Positions 1 to 12,647 of a stretch of DNA of 64,000 nucleotides are shown in pieces (position 1 is the stretch's first letter; each line of letters opens with the position of its first letter). Position numbers and translations under genes: made by a program. Origin of the DNA: Prorocentrum cordatum (taxonomy: Eukaryota). The stretch spans positions 558,001 to 622,000 of the forward strand of contig CAUYUJ010000181.1 in assembly GCA_963575745.1 (NCBI GenBank), given 5' to 3'. The notes under the pieces were generated by a model that was given only the letters and a program-made list of their open reading frames with translations, ran no database searches and was not told the origin of the DNA.

Positions 1-560
1 CATGGCCTCGTTGGGAGCTCCACCGTAGGACGTAGGACCAAATGGCAACGACCGCATGATGCCACGCCCACTCTGGCCCAAGCCTCACACGTTCCGTGGC
101 CCCGTTTGGAGCTTCAACAAAGCCAAATCTGGCAACATCCGCATGCTTCCGCGCCCATGCCGGCACGCTCCTCACACGCTTCGTAGACCCATAGAGAGCT
201 CCACCAAAAACTCATGTGGCACTGTCCGGATGCTGTCGCGCATATTCCGGCACACCACTTACACGTTTCGTGTGCCACCGAATTCCCTAGAGTCAACGTC
301 CTGCTAATTTCCAGCCGCCCCTCTCACGTTTCGTGGCCCCATTAGGAGCTCCGCCGAAGGCCCCAATGGCAATATCCGCATGCTGCCGCGCCAATTCCGG
401 CCCACCCCCTCACACGCCTGGTGGCCCCATTAGGAGTTCCATCGAATGCTCCTTGGCAAGGGCAGCATGCTTTCGCACAAAGTCTGGCATACTCCTCACA
501 AGTTCCGTGGCCTCATAAAGAGCTCCACCGAAGTCCCCAATTGCAGGGTCCGCATGGTGT
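1..560 (+). repeat. ~86-bp tandem satellite (family A), about 6 degenerate units
   Basis: CTCACACGYTTCGTGGCCCC...GAGCTCCACCGAAG recurs near 85, 171, 258, 322, 408 and 494. Confidence 0.85.
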
Positions 561-2222
561 TGCTCCACTTTCATTATCAATTTTGAGCTACTCGCATTTG
601 TTTGTGGTTGGATATGTCGCCAGATAACTGTTAATAGCTGGGTCAACCTCTCTGGTGATCAAGTCTGCTTGGTTGGTGGTCAGGGCTCCACGGCGAAACG
701 GCAGCGCCACCCAGGTACTCTTGGGACGCCTTGAAGTCCTACCATAATCCAGAAGCACCAGAAAGTCTTTATACTGGTCCTCCATATTCCAGCGATGCTA
801 ATGGGTACAGCCGATGATGGTGGCGGTGTTGATGGCCATAAGTATGGTGATAACTGTAATGAGGAATGTTGATGCGATGGTGGCGCTTATTGAATTGAGC
901 TGATGCTGCAGGTCATGATTGTGGTGTTGCCGAAGCTACTGTCAATGTTGGGGTGTATGTAATGACGGTGTTGATGATTCTTCTCAACATGACTCAAAAC
1001 GATGCGTCCAAACAACACTATGTGCCGGAAATCGCGAAACAGTCAGTCAGAACAGGAGGTCGTCCATCCAGCTCTTCCAACGTGAACGCTTCATGTCCGA
1101 AGTGACCTCGAGACGATGACCACATGCACAATGCGTCTCATCAGAAATGCCGGATTTACAATGTCAACATTCTGGACAGTTTGGCTTTACACGGATACTG
1201 CTGATACCTGTCCAGGATAAGATAATGAATATGGTAGGCAGAGCGGCGTCATGAAATTCATCACTATACAAAGTTGACAACGTTGCAACATTTTGCCAAG
1301 TAGACTTTGGGAAATCATGCAAGTCAGATCATGGAAGGGGGATAGGGGTATGGTTTATACCGCTGCATCACTACGAAATTGATTCACCCAAGAATTGAAA
1401 CGCCAAGTAAAATTTTACTTGATTTTTTGTAATTGCGCGGGTCATAGGGGGGTAGGCTGAGTGGACGGGTGCAGGGGCATTCCAATGTTCGACCCGTACG
1501 ACACTGCGATAATGATACACACGCCCAGCATGCGTAGCCAGTTCGGGGTCGGCTTTTGTTTTGCGTTGTCGGCCCTCGCCGCGCTCCCAGCTACAGGCCG
1601 CATGCATCGCCACCACTGGTGCGCGGGTCGTGGAGCAGGACAAGAACTGTGAAAAGCGACTCAAGGGTGGACGAATCCTACCCACCCGCAATGTCACGGA
1701 ATCTGCGCCGCAGGTTCTGAATTTCAAGTGGCGGGGCCCGCCCGCAGACAACGCGAAACGCGACCACGACGGACGCGGTCGCCCACCGTGCAATCAAGGG
1801 TGGTGCCGCCAGGAAATTTGGCCCACTAGCGCGGCTAAGGCGCCCCAAGCCATAAGACGTCAAGCCATCATCCTTTCCGCCATCCTTGGCTGCTGCCTCG
1901 GCCGTCCAAGGGCACCCTTGGCGGCACATTCATCCTTGCCGTTTGGGGTCGAAGCCCGTTGCACGGCGGCGTCGCAGGGATGGGGGAGGCAAGGGTACCC
2001 TTGGGGATCCCTCCGTATCCTTGCCCATGTTCTCGTTTGGGCGGGCGCATCCCCGCGCGTTTCTTGCCGCGTAATGGCGTTGCACGGCCCCTTGGGCATC
2101 CTTGCAGATTTTTGAGTTGTCGCCTTCTCCCCGATCTTGGGTCAGTTTTGACCCGGCAACGGTATATCTTCATGTTCCCCACGCCCCCTTCTTTGCCTCC
2201 CCCCTCCTTCCCCGCGGGAGCT

Positions 2223-2620
2223 TGTCACCCGCTGCTCTTCTGAGGCGCCCTTGGCCCATGATGGCATCTTGATTCAAAAATGTACCATTGGTTTTCCTCG
2301 AGCGGTTTCCGTGGTGACACGTGTCACCTGCTTTTCTTCTGAAGATTCCTTGGCTCATGTTGGCGCCGAGAATCAAACAATTACGTTTGGTTTTCTCCAA
2401 GCGGTTTCCGCGGTGACACGTATCGCCCGTTGCTTTTCTGAGGCTTCCTTGGATCATGGCGGCGTCCAGAATCAAAAATGTACCGTTGGTTTTCCTCTAG
2501 CGGTTTCCTCGGTGACACGTGTCACGAGTTGCCTTTCTGAGGCTTCCTTGGTTCATGTTGGCGCCCAGTCAAAAATTCACAATTGGTTTTCTCCATGGGG
2601 CTTCCGCCGTGGCACGTGCC
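2223..2620 (+). repeat. 99-bp tandem repeat, about 4 units
   Basis: Units start near 2223, 2322, 2421 and 2520. The junction forms the palindrome GGTGACACGTGTCACC (2313-2328). Confidence 0.9.
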
Positions 2621-2959
2621 ATCCAGACGGTCACATCCAGTTCGTCATTTGATGTCGTGGTTGCCTGTCATACCTTTTCTCCCGTGACACTTTTCCACGC
2701 TAGTCGGCGGCGTGCGGTTAGCAACTTTTCAGTAAGTAACCTTTGTCGATTTTCCTGTTCCCTGCTCCTCCCCTTCCGCCAACGAGCAGCTCACCAGAAG
2801 AGATCTTATAACAAATTGTGTGTGCATGCTTTCCACGCCACGCCACCCCAGCCCATGCCGTACTCAACGGGATCCTGCCCTCCATTTTCGCTGGAGGCAC
2901 TAGGTTCTATTACATCCAATTTTATTTAGACACTGCGCTGGCTTCGTTTTATGCATATT

Positions 2960-3545
2960 TAGAGCGTTGAAAACCTACTCTGCACTAACGTGCCTTACCG
3001 CGCCCTTTCCAACCCCTACTCCTACACATGCTGTGATCAAGGTCAAACGCATATCTGCAACTATCCTGCGCCGTACGATTCGTAGCATTAGCGTGGTCCG
3101 CAAACCTACCCCGCAGCTCATCCCACCTCACCCTGGCATATTCAAACGCCAGCCAGACGCTATCCACAAGTAACGGTGGTGCAAAGGGCGGCAAGACCGA
3201 GTTCGACGCGGGCGTCTCCTCAGGGTTCGACGCGTAGATTTCGTAACACACGCGGCCGCCATGGCGGCGTCCACGACGCAAATGTCACCGCGGTAGCACA
3301 GCGCAACTCAACGCCCAATCCGCATGCGCAGACCACGTGCACATTTCCTGCCAATCTATCCAATGCCCGCTCCCCCATCAGGCTTTGCTCTACACGGGCT
3401 CCTGCAACTAATCACAACTCTTGTGTACCAGTGCAATATACCTCCTTACCTTGTCCAATGCACAGCCAGCGCTGCTCTTCTTCGTTTGCCGCGACTGTTA
3501 AGGCGTCGTTGCTATTTTGATGTGGATCGCCATATGCTTTAATGT
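2960..3545 (+). pseudogene. possible highly decayed Copia-type RT/RNase H remnant
   Basis: Manual translation gives LAYSNAS...WRRPRRKCHRGSTAQLNAQSACAD...LYTGSCN, in the order expected for Copia RNase H motifs (YSDAS; W.S.K...ST..AEL.A; TDS). Contains stops. Weak similarity only. Confidence 0.25.
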
Positions 3546-3759
3546 ATTCATCCTACGCGAACTTTACGGCGCGCCTGCATCGCGCAATTTTAGCCCCCCC
3601 GCCGCTCCCCCTCCCGCCCCTACCGCCACCCATCATCCCACCCGACCCCACTCCATCGCGACCCCGCTCTGTTCGCGCCCTTCCCCCCCCCCCCCCCCCC
3701 CGCGTCCGCGCGCAGCGCCCGTGCACAGCAGCGCCCGCGCGTGGCATCCGTGCGCGAAT

Positions 3760-4810
3760 GTCCATGCGCCACGTCGGTGTGCCACGCGCACGCGCGACGC
3801 CTACGCACAAGTCCCGTGCGCCGCATCCGCGCCACAACGCTGCGCCCTTCCCATGGTTCATGGCCACTTATGGAATTGCGCCCAAGGCCCCAGTAGAGAC
3901 GCTTACATGCGTCCGCGCCGCGCATCATGCCGCACCCTCGCACGGACCGTGGCCCCATAGGGGGCTCCATCGGAGCCCCCTGTGGCGACGTGGACATGCG
4001 TCCGCGCCACCGATTACGGCGCGCCCCATCACGCGGTTCGCGGCCCCACATGGTGCTCCACTTAAGAGCACCCGTGGCGACGGTCGCACGCTCCTGGGCC
4101 ACCCATCGCGGCGCGCCCTCGCGCGGTTCGTGGCCCCAGAAGGATATCAACGAAAAGCTGCCCAACCATTGCGACGCTCTCCATCACGCGGCCCGTCGCC
4201 TCAGAAAGAGTTCCACCCAAGGCCCCAGTGGCGAAGTTCGCACGCGCGCGCGCAACCCATTGCGGCGCACCCCTCGCACGGTCCGTGGCTGCATCGGGGC
4301 TTTCACTTGAGGCGGCGTCGTACAAGCGTCCGTGCCGCCCATTGCGGTACGCCCCATCACGCGGCCCGTGGCCACATGAGGAGCTCCACATAAAGTCCAA
4401 ATGGCGACCTTTGCCCGCGCCATTCGCGGGCCCATATGGAGCTCCAAGCGACGTGTACTGCGTTTGGCCGCCGATGACGGCACGTGCACGTGCGGTTGCG
4501 CCGCCCATGGCGCTTGCGCCGCCCATGGCCCGCCCACCCACCCAGAGACCCCCGCCCAGCTCCACCCCCGCCACCACCAACCCACCACGACCACCGCCAC
4601 CCCCACGCACGCCCCCCCCCCCCCCACACACACCACCACCGCCACCACCAACCGTCAACCACCACCACACAAACACGACACACACACACACACGACCGGC
4701 ACCACAGACACACACACACACCACGCACCACACACATCACGGCGCATCTATCGCACGGTTCGTGGCCCCATAGGGAGCCCCACCGAACGCCCCAGTGACA
4801 CGCGCATTTG
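3760..4810 (+). repeat. ~86-bp satellite (family A variant) interrupted by (ACC)n/(CA)n microsatellite
   Basis: Repeated CACGGTTCGTGGCCCCATAGGGRGCTCC...GTGGCGACG units; microsatellite at ~4570-4735; one more unit follows it. Confidence 0.85.
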
Positions 4811-5510
4811 CGTGTCCACAATCGCGGTCCTCGCCATTGCACACGATTGAGCTCATGCCCAAGATACAGTCGGAGTCCATTAGTAGGTCGGGCCTGCCAA
4901 ATCAAGGGTACTCTCGTGTCCTGTGCATCGCGCTTCGTGTCCTCTGCATTCCCCGGGCAAGGGTGCCCTTGTGTCCTGTGCTTTCCGCGGGTGTCGGCGG
5001 CTTGGCCCGCGGCGTTCTGGGCGCGTCGCGCCTCGGGGAGGTCGCGGCCCTGGTCAAGGGTACCCTTGTGTCCTCTCAGATTTGGGGGTTCGGTTCGCTT
5101 CGATGTAAGATTGCGGTTTCAGCGCCGCGCCGCCGGCGCCGCGGCGAAGGGTATACTCTGCGATGTCCTCTGAGTGCGGCCGCACCGCCAGTGAACCAAC
5201 GACGCGTTCACTCGAGGTCGCCCCCGCGCAGCAGGGTACTCCTGTGTCCTGTACTTGCCCAGCCCTGCAAGTTCATTCATCGTCGCGTTCGGGCAGGTCG
5301 CGGGGCGCGCAAAGGATACCCTGCCGTCCTGTGCATTGGCTTCTCTTCGGCGGGCTCCTGGGAACAGCAGTGGAGGCGCGCTTTTGGCGGAGTCACGCGG
5401 GCGCTCAGCCTAAGTCTCATAGAGCGCTCTGTATTGTTCCGAATAGAGAAGACGCCGTGTTGGCTTGCAAGCTAGAGCGCGCGCGCGCGGACGCGCGCTG
5501 GCGCGCGCGC

Positions 5511-8500
5511 GAGGAGTTCTGCATGGTCCACAACAGAAAAGCTACCATGTAATTTCAAAAACTGAATTTGAAATTTCTGTGGCCCTTTAAGGAGGCCGAC
5601 GGACGCACCGACTTTCCATTGTGGACAATACAGAAGTCCCCACGCGCGCGCGCGTGAGGAGTTCTGTATTGTCCACAATACAAAGGCCGCCATGTAAGTC
5701 CAAAAAGCTGAATTTGAAATTTCTGTGGCCCTTTAAGGAGGCCGACGGAAATGTCGACTTTTCTATTGTGGACAATACAGAAGTCCCCACGCGCGCGCGT
5801 GCGCGCGTGAGGAGTTCTGTATTGTCCACAATAGAAAAGCCGCCATGTAATTCCAAAAACTGAATTTGATTTTTTTGTGGCCCTTTAAGGCGGCCGACGG
5901 AAATGTCGAATTTTCTATTGTGGACAATACAGAAGTCCCCACGCGCGCGGGCGCGCGTGAGGAGTTCTGTCTTCTGCACAATAGAGAAGCCGCCCTGTAA
6001 TTCCAAAAACTGAATTTGGAATTTCCGTGGCCTTTTAGGAGGCCGACGGAAATGCCGACTTTTCTATTGTGAACAATACAGAAGTCCCGACGCGCGCGCG
6101 TCCGCGCGCGCGCGCGTGAGGAGTTCTGTATTGTCCACAATAGAAAAGCCGCCATGTAATTCCAAAAACTGAATTTGAAATTTCTGTGGCCCTTTAAGCA
6201 GGCCGACGGAAATGTCGACTTTTCTATTGTGAACAGTACCGAAGTCCCCACGCGCGCGCGCGCGGACGCGCGCGCGTCCGCGCGCGCGCGCGTGAGGAGT
6301 TCTGTATTGTCCACAATAGGGAAGCCGCCATGTAATTCCAAAAGCTGATTTTGAAATTTCTGTGGCCAGTTAAGGAGGCCGACGGAAATGTCGATTGTTC
6401 TGTTGTGAACAATACAGAAGTCCGCACGCGCGCGCGCGCGTGAGGAGTTCTGTGTTGTCCACAACAGAAAGCCGCCATGTAATTCCAACAACTGAATTTG
6501 AAATTTCTGTGGCCCGTTAAGGAGGCCGACGGAAATGTCGACTTTTCTATTGTGGACAATACAGAAGTCCCCACGCGCGCGCGTGCGCGGACGCGCGCCA
6601 GTCCGCGCGCGCGCGCGCGAAGAGTTGTGTATTGTCCACAATAGAGAAGCCGCCATGTAATTCCAAAAACTGAATTTGAAATTTCTGTGGCCCTGAAGGT
6701 CGCCGACGGAAATGTCGACTTGACTATTGTGGACACTACAGAAGTCCCCGCGCGCGCGGGCGCGCGCGGACGCGCGCGCGTCGCGCGCGCGCGCGTGAGG
6801 AGTTCTGTATTGTCCACAATAGAAAAGCCACTTTGTAACTCCAAAAACTGAATTTGAAATTTCTGTGGCCCTTTAAGGAGGCCGACGGAAAAGCTCACTT
6901 TTCTATTGTGGACAATACAGAAATGCCCACACGCGCGCGTGAGGAGTGCTGTATTGTGCACAATAGAAAAACTACCACTTAATTCCAGAAGCTGAATTTG
7001 AAATTTCTGTGGCCCTCTAAGGAGGCCGACGGAAATGTCGACTCTTCTATTGTGAACAATACAGACGTCCCCACGCGCGCGCGCGCGTCAGCGCGCGCGT
7101 CAGCGCGCGCGCGTGAGGAGTTCTGTATTGTCCATAATAGAAAAGTTGCCACGTTATTCCAAAAACTGAATTTGAAATTTCTGTGGCCCTTTAAAGAGGC
7201 CGACGGAAATGTCTACTTTTCTGTTGTGGACAATACAAAAGTCCCCACGCGCGCGCGCGCGCGTCCGCGCGCGCGTCCGCGCGCGAGGAGTTCTGTATTG
7301 TCCACAATCAAAAAGCCGCCATGTAATTCCAAAAACTGAATTTAAAATGTCTGTGGCCATTTAAAGAGGTCAACGGAAATGTCGACTTTTGTGTTGTGAA
7401 CCATACAGAAGTCCCCGCGCGCGCGCGTCCGCGCGCGCGCGCGTGAGGAGTTCTGTATTGTCCACAATAGAAAAGCCGCCATGTAATTCCAACAACTGAA
7501 TGTGAAATTTCTGTGGCCCGTTAAGGAGGCCGGCGGAAATGTCGACTTTTCTATTGTGAATAATACAGAAGACCCCACGCGCGCCCGCGCGTTCGCGTCC
7601 GCGCGCGCGTCCGCGCGCGCGCGCGTGAGGAGTTCTGTATTGTCCACAATAGAAAAGCCGCAATGTCATTCCAACAACTGAATTTGAAATTTCTGTTGCC
7701 CTTTAAGGAGGCCGACGAAATCTCGACTTTTCGATTGTGAACCATGCAGAAGTCCCCGCGCGCGCGCGTGAGGAGTTCTGTATTGTCCACAATAGAGAAG
7801 CCGCCATGTAATTCCAAAAACTGAATTTGAAATTTCTGTGGCCCTTTAAGGGGGCCGACGAAAATATAGACTTTTCCATTGTGGACAATACAGAAGGCCC
7901 CACGCGCGCGCGCGTGAGGAGTTCTGTATTTTCCACAATAGAAAAGCCGCCATGTAATCCAAGAGCTGAGTTTGAAATTTCTGTGGCCCTTGAAGGAGGC
8001 CGACGGAAATGTCGACTTTTCTAGTGTGGACACTACAGAAGTCCCCACGCGCGCGCGCGCGCGTGAGGAGCTCTGTATTCTCCACAATAGAAAAGCTTAT
8101 GTAATTCCACAAACTGAATTTGAAATTTCTGTGGCCCGTTAAGGAGGCCGACGGAAATGTCTACTTTTTTTTATTGTGGACAATATAGAAGTCCCCACGC
8201 GCGCGCGCGCGAGAAGTTCTGTATTGTCCACAATAGAAAAGCCGCCATGTAATTCCAAAAACTGAATTTGAAATTTTTGTGGCCCTTTGAGGAGGCCGAC
8301 GGAAATGTCGACTTGTCTATTGTGGACAATACAGAAGTCCCCCGCGCGCGGGCGCGCGCGGACGCGCGCGCGTCCGCGCGCGCGCGCGTGAGGAGTTCTG
8401 TACTGTCCACAATAGAAAAGTCACTTTGTAATTCCAAAAACTGGATTTGAAATTTCTGTGGCCCTTTATTTAAGGAGGCCGATGGAAATGCCGACTTGTC

Positions 8501-9500
8501 TATTGTGGACAATACAGAAGTCCCCACGCGCGCGCGCGCGGACGCGCGCGCCGCGCGTCCGCGCGCGCGCGTGAGGAGTTCTGTTTTGTGCACAATAGAG
8601 AAGCCGCAATTTAATTCCAAAGACCGAATTTGAAATTTCTGTTGCCCCTTAAGGAGGCAGACGAAGACGTCCACTTCTCTATTGTGAACAATACAGAAGT
8701 CCCCACGCGCGCGCGCGTCAGCGCGCGCGCGCGCGTGAGGAGTTCTGTATTGTCCACAATGGAAAAGCCGCCAGGTAATTCCAAAAACTGAGTTTGAAAT
8801 TGCTGTGGGCCCTTTAAGGAGGCCGACGGAAATGCCGACTTTTTTATTGTGGACAATACAGAAGTCCCCGCGCGCGCGCGCGCGTCTGCGCGCGCGCGCG
8901 TGAGGAGGTCTGTATTGTCCCAAATACAAAGAACCTTCATGTAATTCCAAAAACTGAAATTGAAATTGAAGGAGGCCGACGGAAATGTCGACTTTTTCTA
9001 TTGTGAACCATACATAAGTCCCCGCGCGCGCGGACGCGCGCGCGTCCGTTCGCGCGCGCGCGCGTGAGGAGTTCTGTATTGTCCACAATAGAAAAGCCGC
9101 CATGTAATTCCAAAAACTGAATTTGAAATTTCTGTGGGCCTTTCAAGAGGCCGACGGAAATGTCTACTTTTCTATCGTGAATAATACAGAAGTCCCCACG
9201 CGCGCGCGCGTGAGTTCTGTATTGTCCACAATAGAAAAGCTGCCATGTAATTCCAAAAACTGAATTTGAAATTTCTGTGGCCCTTTAAGGAGGCCGACGG
9301 AAGTGTCGACTTGTCTATTGTGAACAATACAAAGTCCCCACGCGCGCGCGCGCGTGCGCGCGCGTGAGGAGTTCTGTATTGTCCACAATAGAGAAGCCGC
9401 CATGTAATTCCAAAAACTGAATTTGAAATTTCTGTGGGCCTTTAAAGAGGCCGACGGAAATGTCGACTTTTCTATCGTGAACAATACAGAAGTCCCCACG
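5511..9500. repeat. array of ~25 hairpin units (~132-bp constant unit + variable (CG)n linker)
   Basis: Unit = GAGGAG-TTCTGTATTGTCCACAATAGAAAAG-70 bp-CTTTTCTATTGTGGACAATACAGAA-GTCCCC, with 25-bp inverted arms. Linkers are ~12-50 bp of alternating CG. Confidence 0.95.
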
Positions 9501-9945
9501 CGCGTCCTCTCGTTTGCGCCGTCCGCGTCCGCGCCCATGTTCTCTGGTCTTCTGCCATGGCGACAGGTCGCTCTCCCGCGGAAGGGTGGTCTGCGCGTCC
9601 TCTCGTTTGCGCCGTCCGCGTCCGCGCCCATGTTCTCTGGTCTCCTGCCATGGAGACAGGTCGCTCTCCCGCGGAAGGGTGGTCTGCGCGTCCCCTCGTT
9701 TGCGCCGTCCGCGTCCGCGCCCATGTTCTCTGGTCTTCTGCCATGGCGACAGGTCGCTCTCCCGCGGGAGGGTGGTCTGCGCGTCCTCTCGTTTGCGCCG
9801 TCCGCGTCCGCGCCCATGTTCTCTGGTCTTCTGCCATGGCGACAGGTCGCTCTCCCGCGAGAGGGTGGTCTGCGCGTCCTCTCGTTTGCGCCGTCCGCGT
9901 CCGCGCCCATGTTCTCTGGTCTTCTGCCATGGCGACAGGTCGCGT
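9500..9945 (+). repeat. 93-bp tandem repeat, about 4.8 units
   Basis: GCGCGTCCTCTCGTTTGCGCCGTCC... recurs every 93 bp, which explains the 31-aa periodic ORFs here. Confidence 0.95.
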
Positions 9946-11269
9946 GACCGCCCCCAGAGGGAGGTGGGCGCGCGCGGCGCATCATGATTTACTTTTCTGC
10001 GCGGTGGGCGGCGCGGCCTGTCGGACACCCCTGGTGTCCTGTCCGACGTTGGCCCCCCGTCGCGGGGGCGCGGGTCGGCCGCGGGCGACCGCGGTCGCGG
10101 CCCCGAGAGGGTACCCTTGTGTCCTGTGGTTCTGGGAGGTCATGTTGCCGCCGGAAGAGTATTGTGTCCTGTCGCGTGTCCTGGGCAATGGACTCTGCCT
10201 GTGCGTCAAACTCCAGCCCCGCGCCTTTCCTCTCCCCCTCCCCCTCTCCCGCCCCCCCCCCCTCCGCCCCTCCCCCAGCCCGTCCCCCGCCCGTCTAATA
10301 TGGGCGGGCAGGAGGAGAATTGAGCACGGCAGAGCAAGGCAGAGTCGGGGGCAAAGGATGGGGAGTCATAGGTCACGAGATAGCGCGCCGTGCCAACGTG
10401 GGATGATCTGTGGGCGCATGCAGTATGAGGTGCAGGTATCTGAGTTCCACTCGCCCACGTTTTGCGATCCCACGGGTGCCCTCGAGCACGCGCCTCTGCC
10501 ATCCTGGCCGTGCGCGTGCGATCTCCAGTGTTGGGCCACCCTCTGGGAGGGCAGCCCTTGGCCTCTTCGCGCACGCCCTGGCCCATGTTGGGGCATCGCG
10601 CGCGCGCCCGCAGAACGGGGCGCCCCGTGTGCCCAAGCATTCCGCGGCCGCGCCGCCTGGTACTTGCGGCGGTATCCTACTCGTGGCGGGGGAAAAAGAG
10701 GGGAGAGGCTCTGTCCGTCGGGGCCGCTGGTGGCGTTCAGCGTTAAGCGGCACTCGGCCACCGGCCACCGGCAACGAGGGGCGCCGTGTCCGAATGCGTT
10801 TCTGGCGCATTTGCCCATGTCTTCGAGGGGGGGGGGGCGGGGGGCTTAGGTCGCCCGCGTGCCGACAGGTGGCGTCCACCCGAGAATGCGACAGTGGAGC
10901 GCTCGGTGGCACAGGGCAGCGCATCGCGGCTGCGCGAGCGTTGCGCTGCGGCTGGGGCGCTGGGCCCGCCCGCCAAAGTTTCGAAGGGGGGGCGGCGTTC
11001 CTCAATCGAAGATGCGAGCGAGCAAGGTGCGTCGCGGCGGAGAGAATCGCAGGGGCGTCGTCAGGAGCGTTCTGTCCACCTACGGCGCCCGAGCACCTCG
11101 GGCCGCGCGCCTGGCGCGTGCACCCCGCCAGCGGTTGGCGAGGGGGGAGGGGGGGGGGGGGGCTGGTCGGACGCCCGCGCCGCATGCGCCGCCGCAGCCA
11201 TCAGCGCCGCCAGATGACGACGAAGCGCGCCGCAGCGCATGGCGCGCCTCGACGCCGCGCGACCGCGCG

Positions 11270-12310
11270 CGACGGCGCACGACGGCGTACGACGGTGTAC
11301 GACGGCGTACGACGGAACGAATTCAAGCAAAATTTTGCTTAAATTTGCTTGAATTTTGCTTGAATTTTGCTTGAATTTTACTTGGGGAAGCATTTTTCTG
11401 AAAAAATGCTTTCCGATAGTAGAATTTTGAAAATTTGCTTGAATTTTACTTTGCAAGCAAAATTTTGCTTGAATTTTGCTTGGCAAGCAAAATGTTGCTT
11501 GAATTTTGCTTGGCAAGCAAAATTTTGCTTGAATTTTGCTTGGCAAGCAAAATTTTGCTTGAATTTTGCTTGGCGCGGCCCACTAAGCAAACTTCGAAGC
11601 AAATTTTGCTTGGTCGGCTGCGCCAAGCATCGATGGCGGTCGTGGTCTTATGTGGCCACTACCGCCATCGATGCGAACAGATAGCTAGTGGAAGGGGCGT
11701 AGCAACAACAAATGCTTGGATATTACTTGGGCAGCGCAAAGCAAATTTTAAGCAAATTTCTAGCAAAATTTTGCTACGCGAAGCAAAATTTAAGCAAATT
11801 TCTAGCAATTTTTGCTACGCGAAGCAAAATTTAAGCAAATTTCTAGCAAAATTCTGTTTCGCGCCTTCCACATCTTACCCGCTCACATCGACTGCGGTCG
11901 TGGTCCTATATGACCACTACCGCCATCACTGCGCACGGAAAACGTAGTGGAAGGGGCGTCGCAACACTTTGCGTTTTACTTTGGGGAGGGGGGAAGTGTG
12001 GCAGCGCCAAGCAAATTTTAAGCAAAATTCTAGCAAAATTTTGCTACGCGAAGCAAAATTTAAGCAAATTTCTAGCAAAATGTTGCTTCGCCCCTTCCAC
12101 ATCTTACTCGTTCACAGCGATGGCGGTCGCATCTTAGTTACGCGGGGGGACGGGGGTGGCAGCGCCAAGCAACATTTAAACAAATGTCTAGCAACATGTT
12201 GCTACGCGAAGCAAAATTTAAGCAAATGTCTAGCACAATTTTGCTACGCGAAGCAAAATTTAAGCAAATGTCTAGCAAAATTCTGCTACGCCAAGCAAAC
12301 AAGCAAGTTG
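11270..12310. repeat. AT-rich palindromic motif cluster (CAAGCAAAATTTTGCTTG and relatives), preceded by (CGACGGCGTA)n
   Basis: Perfect 18-bp palindromes at 11454-11471, 11514-11531 and 11544-11561 on a 30-bp period. A hairpin module at ~11630 recurs at ~11890. Confidence 0.9.
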
Positions 12311-12349
12311 TCTAGTAAGCTGTTGCTACGAATTGCGATTCGAACGCGC

Positions 12350-12647
12350 CCAATATTTCGCAAAGCACCCCCTCCTTTTGTTTTGTTCGCAAAGGTCAAC
12401 CCCCTTCCCCCGTCCTCCCGATTTCTGCAAAAGTCCTCACCCCACCTCCCCATGCCGATTTGTGCAAGGTCCCCCCTGCCCCCGCCCCCGTCCTTCTGAT
12501 TTTTGCAAAAGCCCCCCGCCCCCCTTTCCCCCCGTCCTTCCGATTTTTGCAAAGCCCCTCCTCCCCCGTCCTTCCGATTTCTGCAAAGCCCCCCCCCTTA
12601 TTCCGATTTGTGACTCCCGATCTTTGCAAAGTCCCCCCCCCCCCGTG
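12350..12647 (+). repeat. CCGATTTTTGCAAAGCCCCCC ~40-bp repeat, left part
   Basis: The motif is repeated about 7 times and resumes at 17635, after the inserted 5-kb element. Confidence 0.8.

Larger units (their letters stand above)
4867..10201 (+). mobile_element. 5.3-kb non-autonomous Tc1/mariner-like element, copy 1 (head + hairpin array + 93-bp block + tail)
   Basis: Starts CAGTCGGAGTCCATT and ends AATGGACTCTGCCTG (13/15 inverted match). TA on the left, TG on the right. The whole module recurs at 12648-17634 in a different context. Confidence 0.8.

Noticed and set aside
769..784. TTTATACTGGTCCTC matching the end of the (CCT)n-embedded element
   Set aside because: No further homology or CCT flank nearby.
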